From an uncultured Oscillospiraceae bacterium (lineage in GTDB: Bacteria; Bacillota; Clostridia; Oscillospirales; Ruminococcaceae), in contig CAZWNI010000001.1 in assembly GCA_964635385.1 (NCBI GenBank), forward strand, positions 1-52,802: DNA of 52,802 nt, written 5' to 3'. A model generated the notes under the pieces. The model was not told the DNA's origin. It did not search any database and saw only the letters and a list, made by a program, of their open reading frames with translations. The stretch's first letter is position 1. The number at the start of each line of letters is the position of its first letter. The position numbers and the translations under genes are program-made. Shown one piece after another: positions 39,479 through 47,171 of this stretch.

Positions 39479-39507
39479 AGTTTACTCGCTTTGAGCAAAA
39501 ATGTCAA
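39479..39507 (-). promoter_or_regulatory. Putative promoter of the surface-protein/MBOAT/AlgX-like/lipoprotein operon
   Basis: The minus strand reads TTGACA-17 nt-TAAACT, about 90 nt upstream of the start at 39389. Confidence 0.45.
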
Positions 39508-39556
39508 TGTGTTAGGTAGATTTTTGGCAAAAAAAGTCATAGAAATGACAACCAAA

Positions 39557-39991
39557 TCAGGAAAAGGACTCCTTTTGGGCTCCAAACAGGCATTCTTTTT
39601 CCTGCTCATACTTACAGCTTGCACAGCAGGCAGCGTAAGTAAAAAGATTTCCGCCCCGCCGGTAATGGGAGCAGACCTCATTTTGATGAACCATCAGACG
39701 TCCGCCGAACACCTGACGCCGCTCCTCCATCTCCGAATCGGTGAGCGTCAGCACCGGAACTTCCGGCTGCTCCCCAGACGAGGGCTTGGTATCGCTATAG
39801 TCTCCCAGTGCAGCCACGGCCTGCTGCCACTCGGAAGCGGTAAAGGGACAGCCTGCCTCTTTGGCCAGCGCCAATACCGCCTCCATCTTTTGATTTTCCT
39901 CCGGCAGATCCAAAGCAGAGGTTAATTTTTTTTGCAGTGTGGTGCTGGCAGCCACAGCTTGATAAAAGGTTAAAATTTTGTTCTGATTCAT
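39557..39991 (-). CDS. Nif11-type leader domain protein with a double-glycine motif and a Cys-rich C-terminus (candidate RiPP precursor)
   Basis: 144 aa. The N-terminus LTFYQAVAASTTLQKKL...AVLALAKEAGCPFTASE matches the Nif11/TIGR03798-type leader pattern. Then LTDSEMEERRQVFGG and a 47-aa tail with 5 Cys (AACCASC). GGGAGA RBS. Confidence 0.6.
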   Translation of the reverse strand: MNQNKILTFYQAVAASTTLQKKLTSALDLPEENQKMEAVLALAKEAGCPFTASEWQQAVAALGDYSDTKPSSGEQPEVPVLTLTDSEMEERRQVFGGRLMVHQNEVCSHYRRGGNLFTYAACCASCKYEQEKECLFGAQKESFS

Positions 39992-40033
39992 CTTTCATTC
40001 TCCCGAACCGTAAAAACACAGCATACAACGATT

Positions 40034-40057
40034 TTGACAAGGTATTTGCCTTGTCAA
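40034..40057. promoter_or_regulatory. Perfect 9-6-9 palindrome (operator-like) between hslO and the Nif11-like gene
   Basis: TTGACAAGG-TATTTG-CCTTGTCAA. No adjacent U-tract. It shares the 13-mer AGGTATTTGCCTT with 42140-42152. Confidence 0.4.
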
Positions 40058-40078
40058 TGTTTAGCCATTATCTGTCGT

Positions 40079-40969
40079 TTATTCCACGTCGTCTGATGCG
40101 GAGGACATCAGGGAGAGCAGTTCTTTCTGTGTAAAGGCATACTGCTTTCCACAGAAATGGCAATCCACCGTGGTGGTTTCCTCTTCTTCCGCCAAGCGAA
40201 GCAGTTCTTTTTTACCAATGCTCACCAAAGCCCGCTCCACCCGGCTGCGGCTGCAGTCGCAGCGGTACTCCGCCGTAAACTCGTCCAAAACATTGGGCTC
40301 CAAGCCCTTCAGCATCGTCTCGCAGACCTGTGCCGGGGTCATGCCTTGATCATACATAGCGGACACCGGAAGAACGTCCTTGATGTTTTCCTCGATCTGA
40401 GCGATGGCGCTTTCCGGCGCAAAGGGAAGTAATTGGATCAGGTACCCTCCGGCACTGCGAATGGTCAAGTCCGGATTCACCAACACACCCAAAGCACAGA
40501 CCGTGGGCGTCTGTTCGCTGACAGCAAAATACTGGGTGACGTCCTGTGCAATCTCTCCGGAGACAATGGGGGTCTGTCCTACATAAGGCTCCCGCATTCC
40601 CAGATCCTTCACCACACTGAGTATGCCGTCTTTGCCCACTGCGCCGGCAACGTCCAGCTTGCCGTAGGAATTCAAGGGCAGCTCTACCACCGGATTCTGC
40701 ACATAGCTTTTCACATTGCCGAAGCTGTTAGCCACAGCGATCAGGCTCCCGGCAGGTCCTCCCCCATTGAGGCGGAGGGTCAAGGTATCCTTTTCCCCTT
40801 TCAGCATACAGCCCATCATGGAAGCGGCGATGGTAAGCCGTCCCAAAGCGGCGCTGACCACAGCGGAGGTGTGATGAATCCGCTCCATTTTTCCCACCAT
40901 TTCCGTGGCGTCGACGGCGCAGCAAAGCACCGACCCGTCTGCGGAAAGGGAACGCACCATATTACCCAT
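40079..40969 (-). CDS. hslO: Redox-regulated chaperone Hsp33
   Basis: 296 aa. C-terminal zinc centre CDCSRSRV...CHFCGKQY. Confidence 0.93.
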   Translation of the reverse strand: MGNMVRSLSADGSVLCCAVDATEMVGKMERIHHTSAVVSAALGRLTIAASMMGCMLKGEKDTLTLRLNGGGPAGSLIAVANSFGNVKSYVQNPVVELPLNSYGKLDVAGAVGKDGILSVVKDLGMREPYVGQTPIVSGEIAQDVTQYFAVSEQTPTVCALGVLVNPDLTIRSAGGYLIQLLPFAPESAIAQIEENIKDVLPVSAMYDQGMTPAQVCETMLKGLEPNVLDEFTAEYRCDCSRSRVERALVSIGKKELLRLAEEEETTTVDCHFCGKQYAFTQKELLSLMSSASDDVE

Positions 40970-42023
40970 TGCGAAACTCCTTATTCTTTGTTACATATAC
41001 CAGCCGCTGGCTGTCGGCCCGGGGAGGATTGCGGCTGTCTTCATCAAATGTTTGAACGCAGAACAGTCCGGCCCGATCCAGCATGGCCGCCATCTCCTTG
41101 GGAGAATAGGCCATTTCGGAAAACTCCTCCCCGTCCCGGCGATAAAGCTCCCCGGCTTCGGTGCGTTCGAACAGATCCAATGTGAAGTCCACCCGGTTGC
41201 CTTCCAGGTGGTTCTGCCATACCAGATAGCGGTCCTCGTCCTCATAAACAAAGGCATTGTTCCCCAAAATCTGGCGGTGCTTATACACTGTATTGACATC
41301 GAAAACCAGCACGCCATCGGGCGCCAAAAACAGCCCCACCCGATCCAGGGCATGAACCACCGCTTCGGCATCGGGAAGGTGATTTAAGCTGTCCAGTGCG
41401 CAGATGCAGCAGTCTACGGTGCCGTACAGGTTCAATTCCTCCATTTTTTGGCACAGAAACTGCACCTTGCTGCCCCTTTCCAGCTTCTTTTCCGCCGCTT
41501 TGCTGAGCATTTCCTGTGAGGCGTCCACCGCCACCACGTCGTACCCCAGCTTTTCCATTTCAAAGCTCAGGCTGCCGGTGCCGCAGGCCAGATCCAGCAG
41601 CAGTTTGCCGCCGTTTCCATATTCCTGCAGCAGACCGTGGAAATAAGCGGCGCGAGCGGGATAGTCTACATCTCCCTGGAATTGGTCGTAACACTTGGCC
41701 AGGCAGCGATATTCCCTGGATGCGGGCCGTTCCTGTTTGCCGTCCACCCGGTCAAAGACAATCCGGTACCCGCCCGCCCCATACAGCAGGGAGCGATTTA
41801 CCCGACTAATGGTAGCGGTGGAAGCGCCGGTTTGGTGGACAATATCGGAATAGACCCGGTTCTGATCCAGCATACGAGCGACATGAAGCCGCTGACTCAA
41901 CGCCTTGAGCTCCTGAACGGTGCAAAGATCTTCAAAAAACTTGGCGCATTCTTCCTGCGTCTTCAAAGACAGCACCATCTGGTATAACTGCTGGACAGCC
42001 TGCTGGTTCAATTTGGATTCCAT
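40962..42023 (-). CDS. Fusion protein: YerC/YecD (TrpR-like) DNA-binding domain + class I SAM-dependent methyltransferase
   Basis: The N-terminal ~95 aa (ECAKFFEDLCTVQELKALSQRLHVARML...TGASTATISRVNRSL) are TrpR/YerC-like. Continuous frame into LLDLACGTGSLS...AVDASQEML (SAM motif I). ATG at 42023 lies 7 nt after GGAGG. 8-nt overlap with hslO. Confidence 0.75.
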   Translation of the reverse strand: MESKLNQQAVQQLYQMVLSLKTQEECAKFFEDLCTVQELKALSQRLHVARMLDQNRVYSDIVHQTGASTATISRVNRSLLYGAGGYRIVFDRVDGKQERPASREYRCLAKCYDQFQGDVDYPARAAYFHGLLQEYGNGGKLLLDLACGTGSLSFEMEKLGYDVVAVDASQEMLSKAAEKKLERGSKVQFLCQKMEELNLYGTVDCCICALDSLNHLPDAEAVVHALDRVGLFLAPDGVLVFDVNTVYKHRQILGNNAFVYEDEDRYLVWQNHLEGNRVDFTLDLFERTEAGELYRRDGEEFSEMAYSPKEMAAMLDRAGLFCVQTFDEDSRNPPRADSQRLVYVTKNKEFRNG

Positions 42024-42056
42024 GGCGGTTCCTCCTCGCACGGGTATACTTCCAAT

Positions 42057-42085
42057 ATTTTAACACATCAAAGTGCTAATGTAAA
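42057..42085 (-). promoter_or_regulatory. Putative promoter of the yerC-MT/hslO operon
   Basis: The minus strand reads TTTACA-17 nt-TAAAAT with a TGt extended -10. Confidence 0.5.
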
Positions 42086-42133
42086 GAGCGGCGCCAAGGG
42101 GTTTCTCATTCCTTTCAAGTATGTATACTAATA

Positions 42134-42157
42134 AAAAACAGGTATTTGCCTTCTTTT
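42134..42157. promoter_or_regulatory. Imperfect 9-6-9 palindrome with the same core as 40034-40057
   Basis: AAAAACAGG-TATTTG-CCTTCTTTT (7/9 arm symmetry). It overlaps the -35 of the putative AKR promoter. Confidence 0.35.
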
Positions 42158-42174
42158 CCGGAAGATGATACACT
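42146..42174 (+). promoter_or_regulatory. Putative promoter of the AKR gene pair
   Basis: TTGCCT-17 nt-TACACT with a TGa extended -10, about 45 nt upstream of the ATG at 42219. Confidence 0.35.
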
Positions 42175-42218
42175 AAAGAAAACTGCTGTGCAGCAGCAAA
42201 CAAGGAGACGATTTTCCC

Positions 42219-43352
42219 ATGTTATACCATAATTTTCAGGAGCTTTCCCTTTCTGCCCTGGGTCTGGGCGCCATGCGCCTGCCGGTACTGGAAGGCGACG
42301 ACAGCAAAGTTGATCAGCCTATGGTGAATCAGATGGTAGACTATGCTGTTTCTCACGGCATCAACTACTTTGACACTGCCTGGGGATACCACGACGGCCA
42401 TTCCGAAACCGCATTACGCCAGGCCCTGAGCCGCTACCCCAGAGAAAACTACTATCTTGCCGACAAATTTCCAGGTTATGATTTGTCCAACATGAGCAAA
42501 GTAAAGGAAATCTTTGAGGCGCAGCTAACCCGCTGCGGGGTGGAATACTTTGATTTCTACCTTTTCCACAACGTCTGCGAAATGAACATCAATGCTTACC
42601 TCAACCCGGACTACCACATTTTTGATTATCTAGTGCAGCAAAAGAAAGCTGGCCGCATCAAGCACTTGGGCTTTTCCGCCCACGGCAGCCGGGAGGTCAT
42701 GGAGCGGTTTTTGAAGGCTTACGGCAGTGAGATGGAGTTCTGCCAGATTCAGCTCAACTATCTGGATTGGGATTTCCAGGACGCCAAAGGAAAGGTGGAA
42801 CTGCTCCAAGAGTACCACCTTCCAGTATGGGTAATGGAACCACTTCGTGGCGGCAAGCTAGCCAAGGTGGAACCGAGTTACGCTGACAAACTGAAAGCTC
42901 TTCGTCCGGAGGAAACTGCCCCCGGCTGGGCATTCCGGTTTTTGCAAAGCATACCGGAAGTCACCTTGGTGTTGTCCGGAATGTCTACCATGGAACAGCT
43001 TCAGGAAAATGTGGCCACCTTTGAAGAAAACAAGCCCCTGAACCAGACCGAAATGGACGCCCTGCTTTCCATGGCCGGCGAGATGGTAAAAAAGATTGCC
43101 CTGCCCTGCACCGGGTGCCGCTACTGCGTCAGCCACTGTCCTCAAGAGCTGGATATTCCCGGCCTGCTGGCGCTGTACAACGAGCATTGTTTTACCCAGG
43201 GAGGCTTCATTGCTCCCATGGCACTGATGGCCGTACCGGAAGAAAAACAGCCTAGCGCCTGCATCGGCTGCCGGAGCTGCGAAGCGGTATGTCCCCAGCG
43301 GATCAAGATTTCTGAAGCCATGGCAGACTTTACAGAAAAACTGAACGAGTAA
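42219..43352 (+). CDS. Aldo/keto reductase fused to a C-terminal 2x[4Fe-4S] ferredoxin-like domain
   Basis: 377 aa. GINYFDTAWGYHDGHSE, then CTGCRYCVSHCP and CIGCRSCEAVCP. Confidence 0.85.
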   Translation: MLYHNFQELSLSALGLGAMRLPVLEGDDSKVDQPMVNQMVDYAVSHGINYFDTAWGYHDGHSETALRQALSRYPRENYYLADKFPGYDLSNMSKVKEIFEAQLTRCGVEYFDFYLFHNVCEMNINAYLNPDYHIFDYLVQQKKAGRIKHLGFSAHGSREVMERFLKAYGSEMEFCQIQLNYLDWDFQDAKGKVELLQEYHLPVWVMEPLRGGKLAKVEPSYADKLKALRPEETAPGWAFRFLQSIPEVTLVLSGMSTMEQLQENVATFEENKPLNQTEMDALLSMAGEMVKKIALPCTGCRYCVSHCPQELDIPGLLALYNEHCFTQGGFIAPMALMAVPEEKQPSACIGCRSCEAVCPQRIKISEAMADFTEKLNE

Positions 43353-43366
43353 GCAAGGAGACTAAG

Positions 43367-44461
43367 ATGGAATATCGCAAACTTCCCCACGGCGGAGAGC
43401 AAATCAGCATTCTGGGCTTAGGCAGCAGTTCCCTGGGACCTTCTGGAGACAAGGAGATTCAGGCCACTGCCGCTTTGGCGGTGGAAAATGGCATCAATTA
43501 CTTTGACCTGGCTTCCGCAGACGCCGTTCCCTTTACGGCATACGGCAAGGCGCTCCACAGCGTCCGGGACAAAGTGTATTACCAAATCCACTTTGGGGCG
43601 GATTACCAAACCGGACAGTACGGCTGGACATTGAATCTGGAAGAAATCAAGCGTTCCATTGACTGGCAGCTCAAAGCGCTGCGCACCGATTACATCGACT
43701 TTGGATTTATCCACTGCATGGACGAAAGCGCCGATCTGGAACAGTACCGGGAAAACGGGGTGCTGGACCATCTCCTTTCCCTGCAAAAGCAAGGGGTCGT
43801 GCGGCACATCGGCCTTTCCTCCCACACGCCGGCGGTAGTGCAGCAGGTTCTGAACTGGAAACTCATCGACATGCTGATGTTTTCCATTAACCCGGCCTAC
43901 GACTACCAGCAGGGAGAGTACGGCATCGGCAGCGCATCTCAGCGAATGAATCTTTACCACCGGTGCGAGGCAGAGGGCGTTGGCATTTCGGTCATGAAGG
44001 CGTTCTGTGCCGGACAGCTGCTGGAGGCCAAAACCTCCCCCTTCCGGCAGGCCCTCACCGAATACCAGTGCCTGGCCTACGCTTTGGACAAGCCTGGAGT
44101 GTTGACGGTACTGCCCGGCGTCCGCAATCGCAAGGATTTGAAGCGGCTGCTGGGTTTCTTGGACGCCGCTCCTCAAGAGAAGGACTACTCTGTTTTAGGC
44201 TCCTTCACTCCCCAAGATGCAACTGGCATTTGCGTTTACTGCAACCACTGCCAGCCCTGCCCCGCCGGTTTGGACGTGGGTCTGATCAACAAATACTACG
44301 ATCTATCCAAAGCCGGAGACAAACTGGCGGCAGATCACTACCAGAATCTGGCTGTACACGCTTCCGACTGCATCCAATGCGGGCACTGCGGCAGCCGGTG
44401 TCCCTTTCAGGTGAAGCAGGTGGAACGGATGGGAGAAATCAGCAGGTATTTTGGGAGATAA
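43367..44461 (+). CDS. Aldo/keto reductase fused to a C-terminal 2x[4Fe-4S] ferredoxin-like domain (paralog)
   Basis: 364 aa. GINYFDLASADA, then CVYCNHCQPCP and CIQCGHCGSRCP. Confidence 0.85.
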   Translation: MEYRKLPHGGEQISILGLGSSSLGPSGDKEIQATAALAVENGINYFDLASADAVPFTAYGKALHSVRDKVYYQIHFGADYQTGQYGWTLNLEEIKRSIDWQLKALRTDYIDFGFIHCMDESADLEQYRENGVLDHLLSLQKQGVVRHIGLSSHTPAVVQQVLNWKLIDMLMFSINPAYDYQQGEYGIGSASQRMNLYHRCEAEGVGISVMKAFCAGQLLEAKTSPFRQALTEYQCLAYALDKPGVLTVLPGVRNRKDLKRLLGFLDAAPQEKDYSVLGSFTPQDATGICVYCNHCQPCPAGLDVGLINKYYDLSKAGDKLAADHYQNLAVHASDCIQCGHCGSRCPFQVKQVERMGEISRYFGR

Positions 44462-44476
44462 AAGCAAATTTTTGAC

Positions 44477-44511
44477 AACCCCTGCGGCATTTGCCGCGGG
44501 GGTGTTTTTTG
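44477..44511 (+). terminator. Intrinsic terminator after the second AKR gene
   Basis: ~10-bp GC-rich stem CCCCTGCGGC / GCCGCGGGGG, 4-nt loop, then TGTTTTTTG. Confidence 0.75.
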
Positions 44512-44629
44512 TCTGAAGTGAGTTTTTCTAAAGCAGTTTTTCCAGATGAAATGGCAGCGGAGGTTTTTCTTTTCGTCTTTCCGTGCATCTTTTCTCAATG
44601 CATTTCACAAAAAGTCAAAGTATATACTA

Positions 44630-44658
44630 TTGATTTTTATATCAAATACCATTATCAT
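44630..44658 (+). promoter_or_regulatory. Putative cas3 promoter
   Basis: TTGATT-17 nt-TATCAT. It leaves only a very short leader before the AGGAG RBS, hence the low confidence. Confidence 0.3.
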
Positions 44659-44680
44659 AAAACAGAAAGGAGTGAAATAT

Positions 44681-46873
44681 TTGGAAAAACAAGAAAAAAA
44701 TGAAACCAAGGAGCAACAAACGTTTCTGGCTCACATCCGGAAGGACGGCGCAGAACAAACCTTAATAGATCATCTGCGGGAAACCGCCCGGCTGGCGGAA
44801 CAGTTTGCCAGCGCCTTTCAGGCAGGTGACTACGGCAGGCAGGTAGGCGGCATCCACGATCACGGAAAGAGCAGCAAGGAGTTTCAAAAACGCCTTTGCG
44901 GAGACCCCAAACCAGTGAACCACTCCGATGCCGGCGCCCAGATGCTGTATCAAAACGGCAGCGACATCTCCGCCATCTGCGTCGCCGGGCACCACAGCGG
45001 GCTGCCAAACTGGGGGGCCAGCTCTGATCCCCCCAGCGAATCCACCTTTCGAGGAAGGATGAAACGCAAAGATTTGCCTGCCTGTCTCCCAGAGCCCCAG
45101 CTTCCCCTGGATTTAACCCCTCCCCCCTTGCCGGAAAGCTACCGGGGAACCATAAACCGGCTGGAAAAAGCCTTCCTCATCCGCATGATATACTCCTGCC
45201 TGACCGACGCCGATTTTCTGGATACAGAACGGTTTATGCAGGGGGATTCGGTTCTCCGTCAGCCGGGAGATTCCATTCCGGCGCTGAATCAAAAGCTGGA
45301 CCGGTATCTGGAGGAACAGGGATTCTTAAAACCCGGAAAGGAAATCAATCAAAAGCGTGCCGCTATTTTACAGCAATGTCTGGAGGGGGGAAATCAAACG
45401 CCGGGACTGTTTTCCCTCACCGTACCCACCGGCGGAGGGAAAACGGTTTCGTCCCTGGCCTTTGCCCTGCGCCATGCTGCAGCGTTTGGAAAAAGGCGGG
45501 TCATCTATGTGATCCCCTACTGCTCCATCATTGACCAGACCGCCGGTAAATTCCAAGAAATTCTGGGAAAAGAAAATGTTCTGGAACACCACAGCGGAAT
45601 CGATTATGAAAAACAGGATTGGGAAGACCATTGCAAAAACCCCATGGCCTTAGCTGCCGAAAACTGGGACAAACCGGTGATCGTCACCACCATGGTGCAG
45701 TTTTTCGAATCCCTCTATGCTGCACGTTCCTCCCGCTGCCGGAAACTCCACAACATCGCCAATAGTGTAGTCATTTTTGATGAAGCCCAGATGATGCCGG
45801 TGCACCACTTAAAGCCCTGTGTGATGGCCATCGCCCAACTGGTACAGCACTTTTCCGTGACGGCGGTACTCTGCACCGCTACCCAGCCGTCCCTCAATCG
45901 TATGCTTCAAGAGATGGCGCCGGACCTGAAAATCCGGGAGCTGTGCACCGACACCCTGGCTCTCTACCGCTCTTTCCGCCGGGTGACTTTCCAAATGGAG
46001 CCTGCTCCCCTACCCTGCTTGGAACTGGCGGGGCGGCTGATGGAACACCATCAGGTTCTCTGCATCGTCAACACCCGGAAAGCAGCGCAGCAGATATATC
46101 GACAGTTATCCGGAGAGGGAAATTACCACCTGTCCACCTATCAGTATCCTGCCCAGCGGCAAGAGCTTTTGAACGAAATCCGGAATCGACTGAAAGATGG
46201 ACAGCCCTGCCGGGTGGTGTCCACCTCTTTGATTGAAGCGGGGGTGGACGTGGACTTCCCTGCCGTCTACCGGGAACAGGCGGGGTTGGATTCCGTTCTT
46301 CAGGCGGCTGGCCGGTGCAACCGGGAAGGAATCCATTCACCGGAAGAAAGCATTGTCACCATCTTTGCTCTGGAAGACGTATCTCAAAACTCAGCAATTG
46401 AACCCAATCTGAAAGCCTTTCAGCAGGTTGCAGCAAATGCAGAAGAATTAGAACACCCAGACACCATCTACAAGTATTTCAACCAGTTGTTTTACCAACA
46501 TTATGATGAAACAGAGAAAACATTTGATCGGAAAGAAATCCTCAAATCGTCCAGGAGCAAAACCCTTCCCTTCCGGGAGATTGAGAAAAATTTCCATCTG
46601 ATCGACCAAAACACCAAAACCGTTTACATCCCCCTGGAAAAAGGAAAAGAACTGGTAGAACGGCTGCGGGACGGAGAAGTGAGCCGGAACCTGTTCCGCC
46701 AACTGGGACGGTATGGGGTCAGCGTTTATCCCAATCAATTCCAGGTGCTGGATCAAGCCGGAGATATTGAACTGGTGACGGAAAATACTGCAATTCTGGT
46801 AAATCTCTCCCTTTACAGCCGTGAAACAGGTCTTTGTCCCCAGGCAGAAGAAGGGAAAGGTTGGTTTGCATAA
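44681..46873 (+). CDS. cas3: CRISPR-associated helicase/HD nuclease Cas3 (type I)
   Basis: TTG start 8 nt after AAAGGAG. HD domain (GGIHDHGK...NHSDAG...GHHSG). Helicase motifs PTGGGKT, FDEAQM, CTATQP, QAAGRCNREG. Confidence 0.92.
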   Translation: MEKQEKNETKEQQTFLAHIRKDGAEQTLIDHLRETARLAEQFASAFQAGDYGRQVGGIHDHGKSSKEFQKRLCGDPKPVNHSDAGAQMLYQNGSDISAICVAGHHSGLPNWGASSDPPSESTFRGRMKRKDLPACLPEPQLPLDLTPPPLPESYRGTINRLEKAFLIRMIYSCLTDADFLDTERFMQGDSVLRQPGDSIPALNQKLDRYLEEQGFLKPGKEINQKRAAILQQCLEGGNQTPGLFSLTVPTGGGKTVSSLAFALRHAAAFGKRRVIYVIPYCSIIDQTAGKFQEILGKENVLEHHSGIDYEKQDWEDHCKNPMALAAENWDKPVIVTTMVQFFESLYAARSSRCRKLHNIANSVVIFDEAQMMPVHHLKPCVMAIAQLVQHFSVTAVLCTATQPSLNRMLQEMAPDLKIRELCTDTLALYRSFRRVTFQMEPAPLPCLELAGRLMEHHQVLCIVNTRKAAQQIYRQLSGEGNYHLSTYQYPAQRQELLNEIRNRLKDGQPCRVVSTSLIEAGVDVDFPAVYREQAGLDSVLQAAGRCNREGIHSPEESIVTIFALEDVSQNSAIEPNLKAFQQVAANAEELEHPDTIYKYFNQLFYQHYDETEKTFDRKEILKSSRSKTLPFREIEKNFHLIDQNTKTVYIPLEKGKELVERLRDGEVSRNLFRQLGRYGVSVYPNQFQVLDQAGDIELVTENTAILVNLSLYSRETGLCPQAEEGKGWFA

Positions 46874-46908
46874 AAGAAGGCGGCAACGGAAAACCATTGC
46901 CACCCGGG

Positions 46909-46933
46909 GAAGGATGTTTGCAAAACATTCTTC
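46909..46933 (+). terminator. Hairpin downstream of cas3 (possible weak terminator)
   Basis: 11-bp stem GAAGGATGTTT / AAACATTCTTC (one G-U pair), 3-nt loop, followed by TCATTTC. The U-tract is poor. Confidence 0.35.
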
Positions 46934-47079
46934 TCATTTCAATCCTCTCAAGTAATCTTGAGACAGAATGATTATAACATACTGTCCTTCAAACAACAAC
47001 TTCGAAATCCTCAAAATTACCCTATCACCCTGTTTGATCCTCTTTTTACTTGCAATACATATTTTCTCGAAAAAAGTTC

Positions 47080-47108
47080 TTGACTTCTAAATAGGACTGT
47101 GCTATGAT
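47080..47108 (+). promoter_or_regulatory. Putative promoter for cas5c-cas8c-cas7c-cas4-cas1-cas2
   Basis: TTGACT-17 nt-TATGAT, about 65 nt upstream of the cas5c start. Confidence 0.5.
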
Positions 47109-47171
47109 AAAAGCCATAGAAAGTGATCACCATTCTATTCCATTCAAAAAATCAGAAAGGAGTGTTGCTAT

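Noticed and set aside
39416-39925. 169-aa plus-strand ORF overlapping the Nif11-like gene
   Set aside because: It has no recognisable family, poor composition and no RBS. The minus-strand frame has clear Nif11-leader similarity and a GGGAGA RBS.
40034-40057. The palindrome read as an hslO intrinsic terminator, or its TTGACA read as the -35 of a Nif11-gene promoter
   Set aside because: No U-tract follows on the minus strand, and no acceptable -10 lies 16-18 nt downstream of either TTGACA or TTGTCA. The recurrence of the core at 42140-42152 favours a protein-binding site.
42024-42218. Switch of gene polarity from minus to plus, considered as a replication origin
   Set aside because: I could find no dnaA or dnaN, no DnaA-box (TTATCCACA-like) cluster and no AT-rich unwinding element. 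The region is well explained by two divergent promoters. A GC-skew calculation on the whole contig would be needed to revisit this.
46968-47090. 40-aa ORF (MIITYCPSNNNFEILKITLSPCLILFLLAIHIFSKKVLDF) in the cas3-cas5c gap, considered as a small membrane peptide or anti-CRISPR-like gene
   Set aside because: It has no convincing Shine-Dalgarno, overlaps the predicted cas5c promoter, and its composition is consistent with random AT-rich sequence. It is only worth revisiting if it is conserved in related loci.
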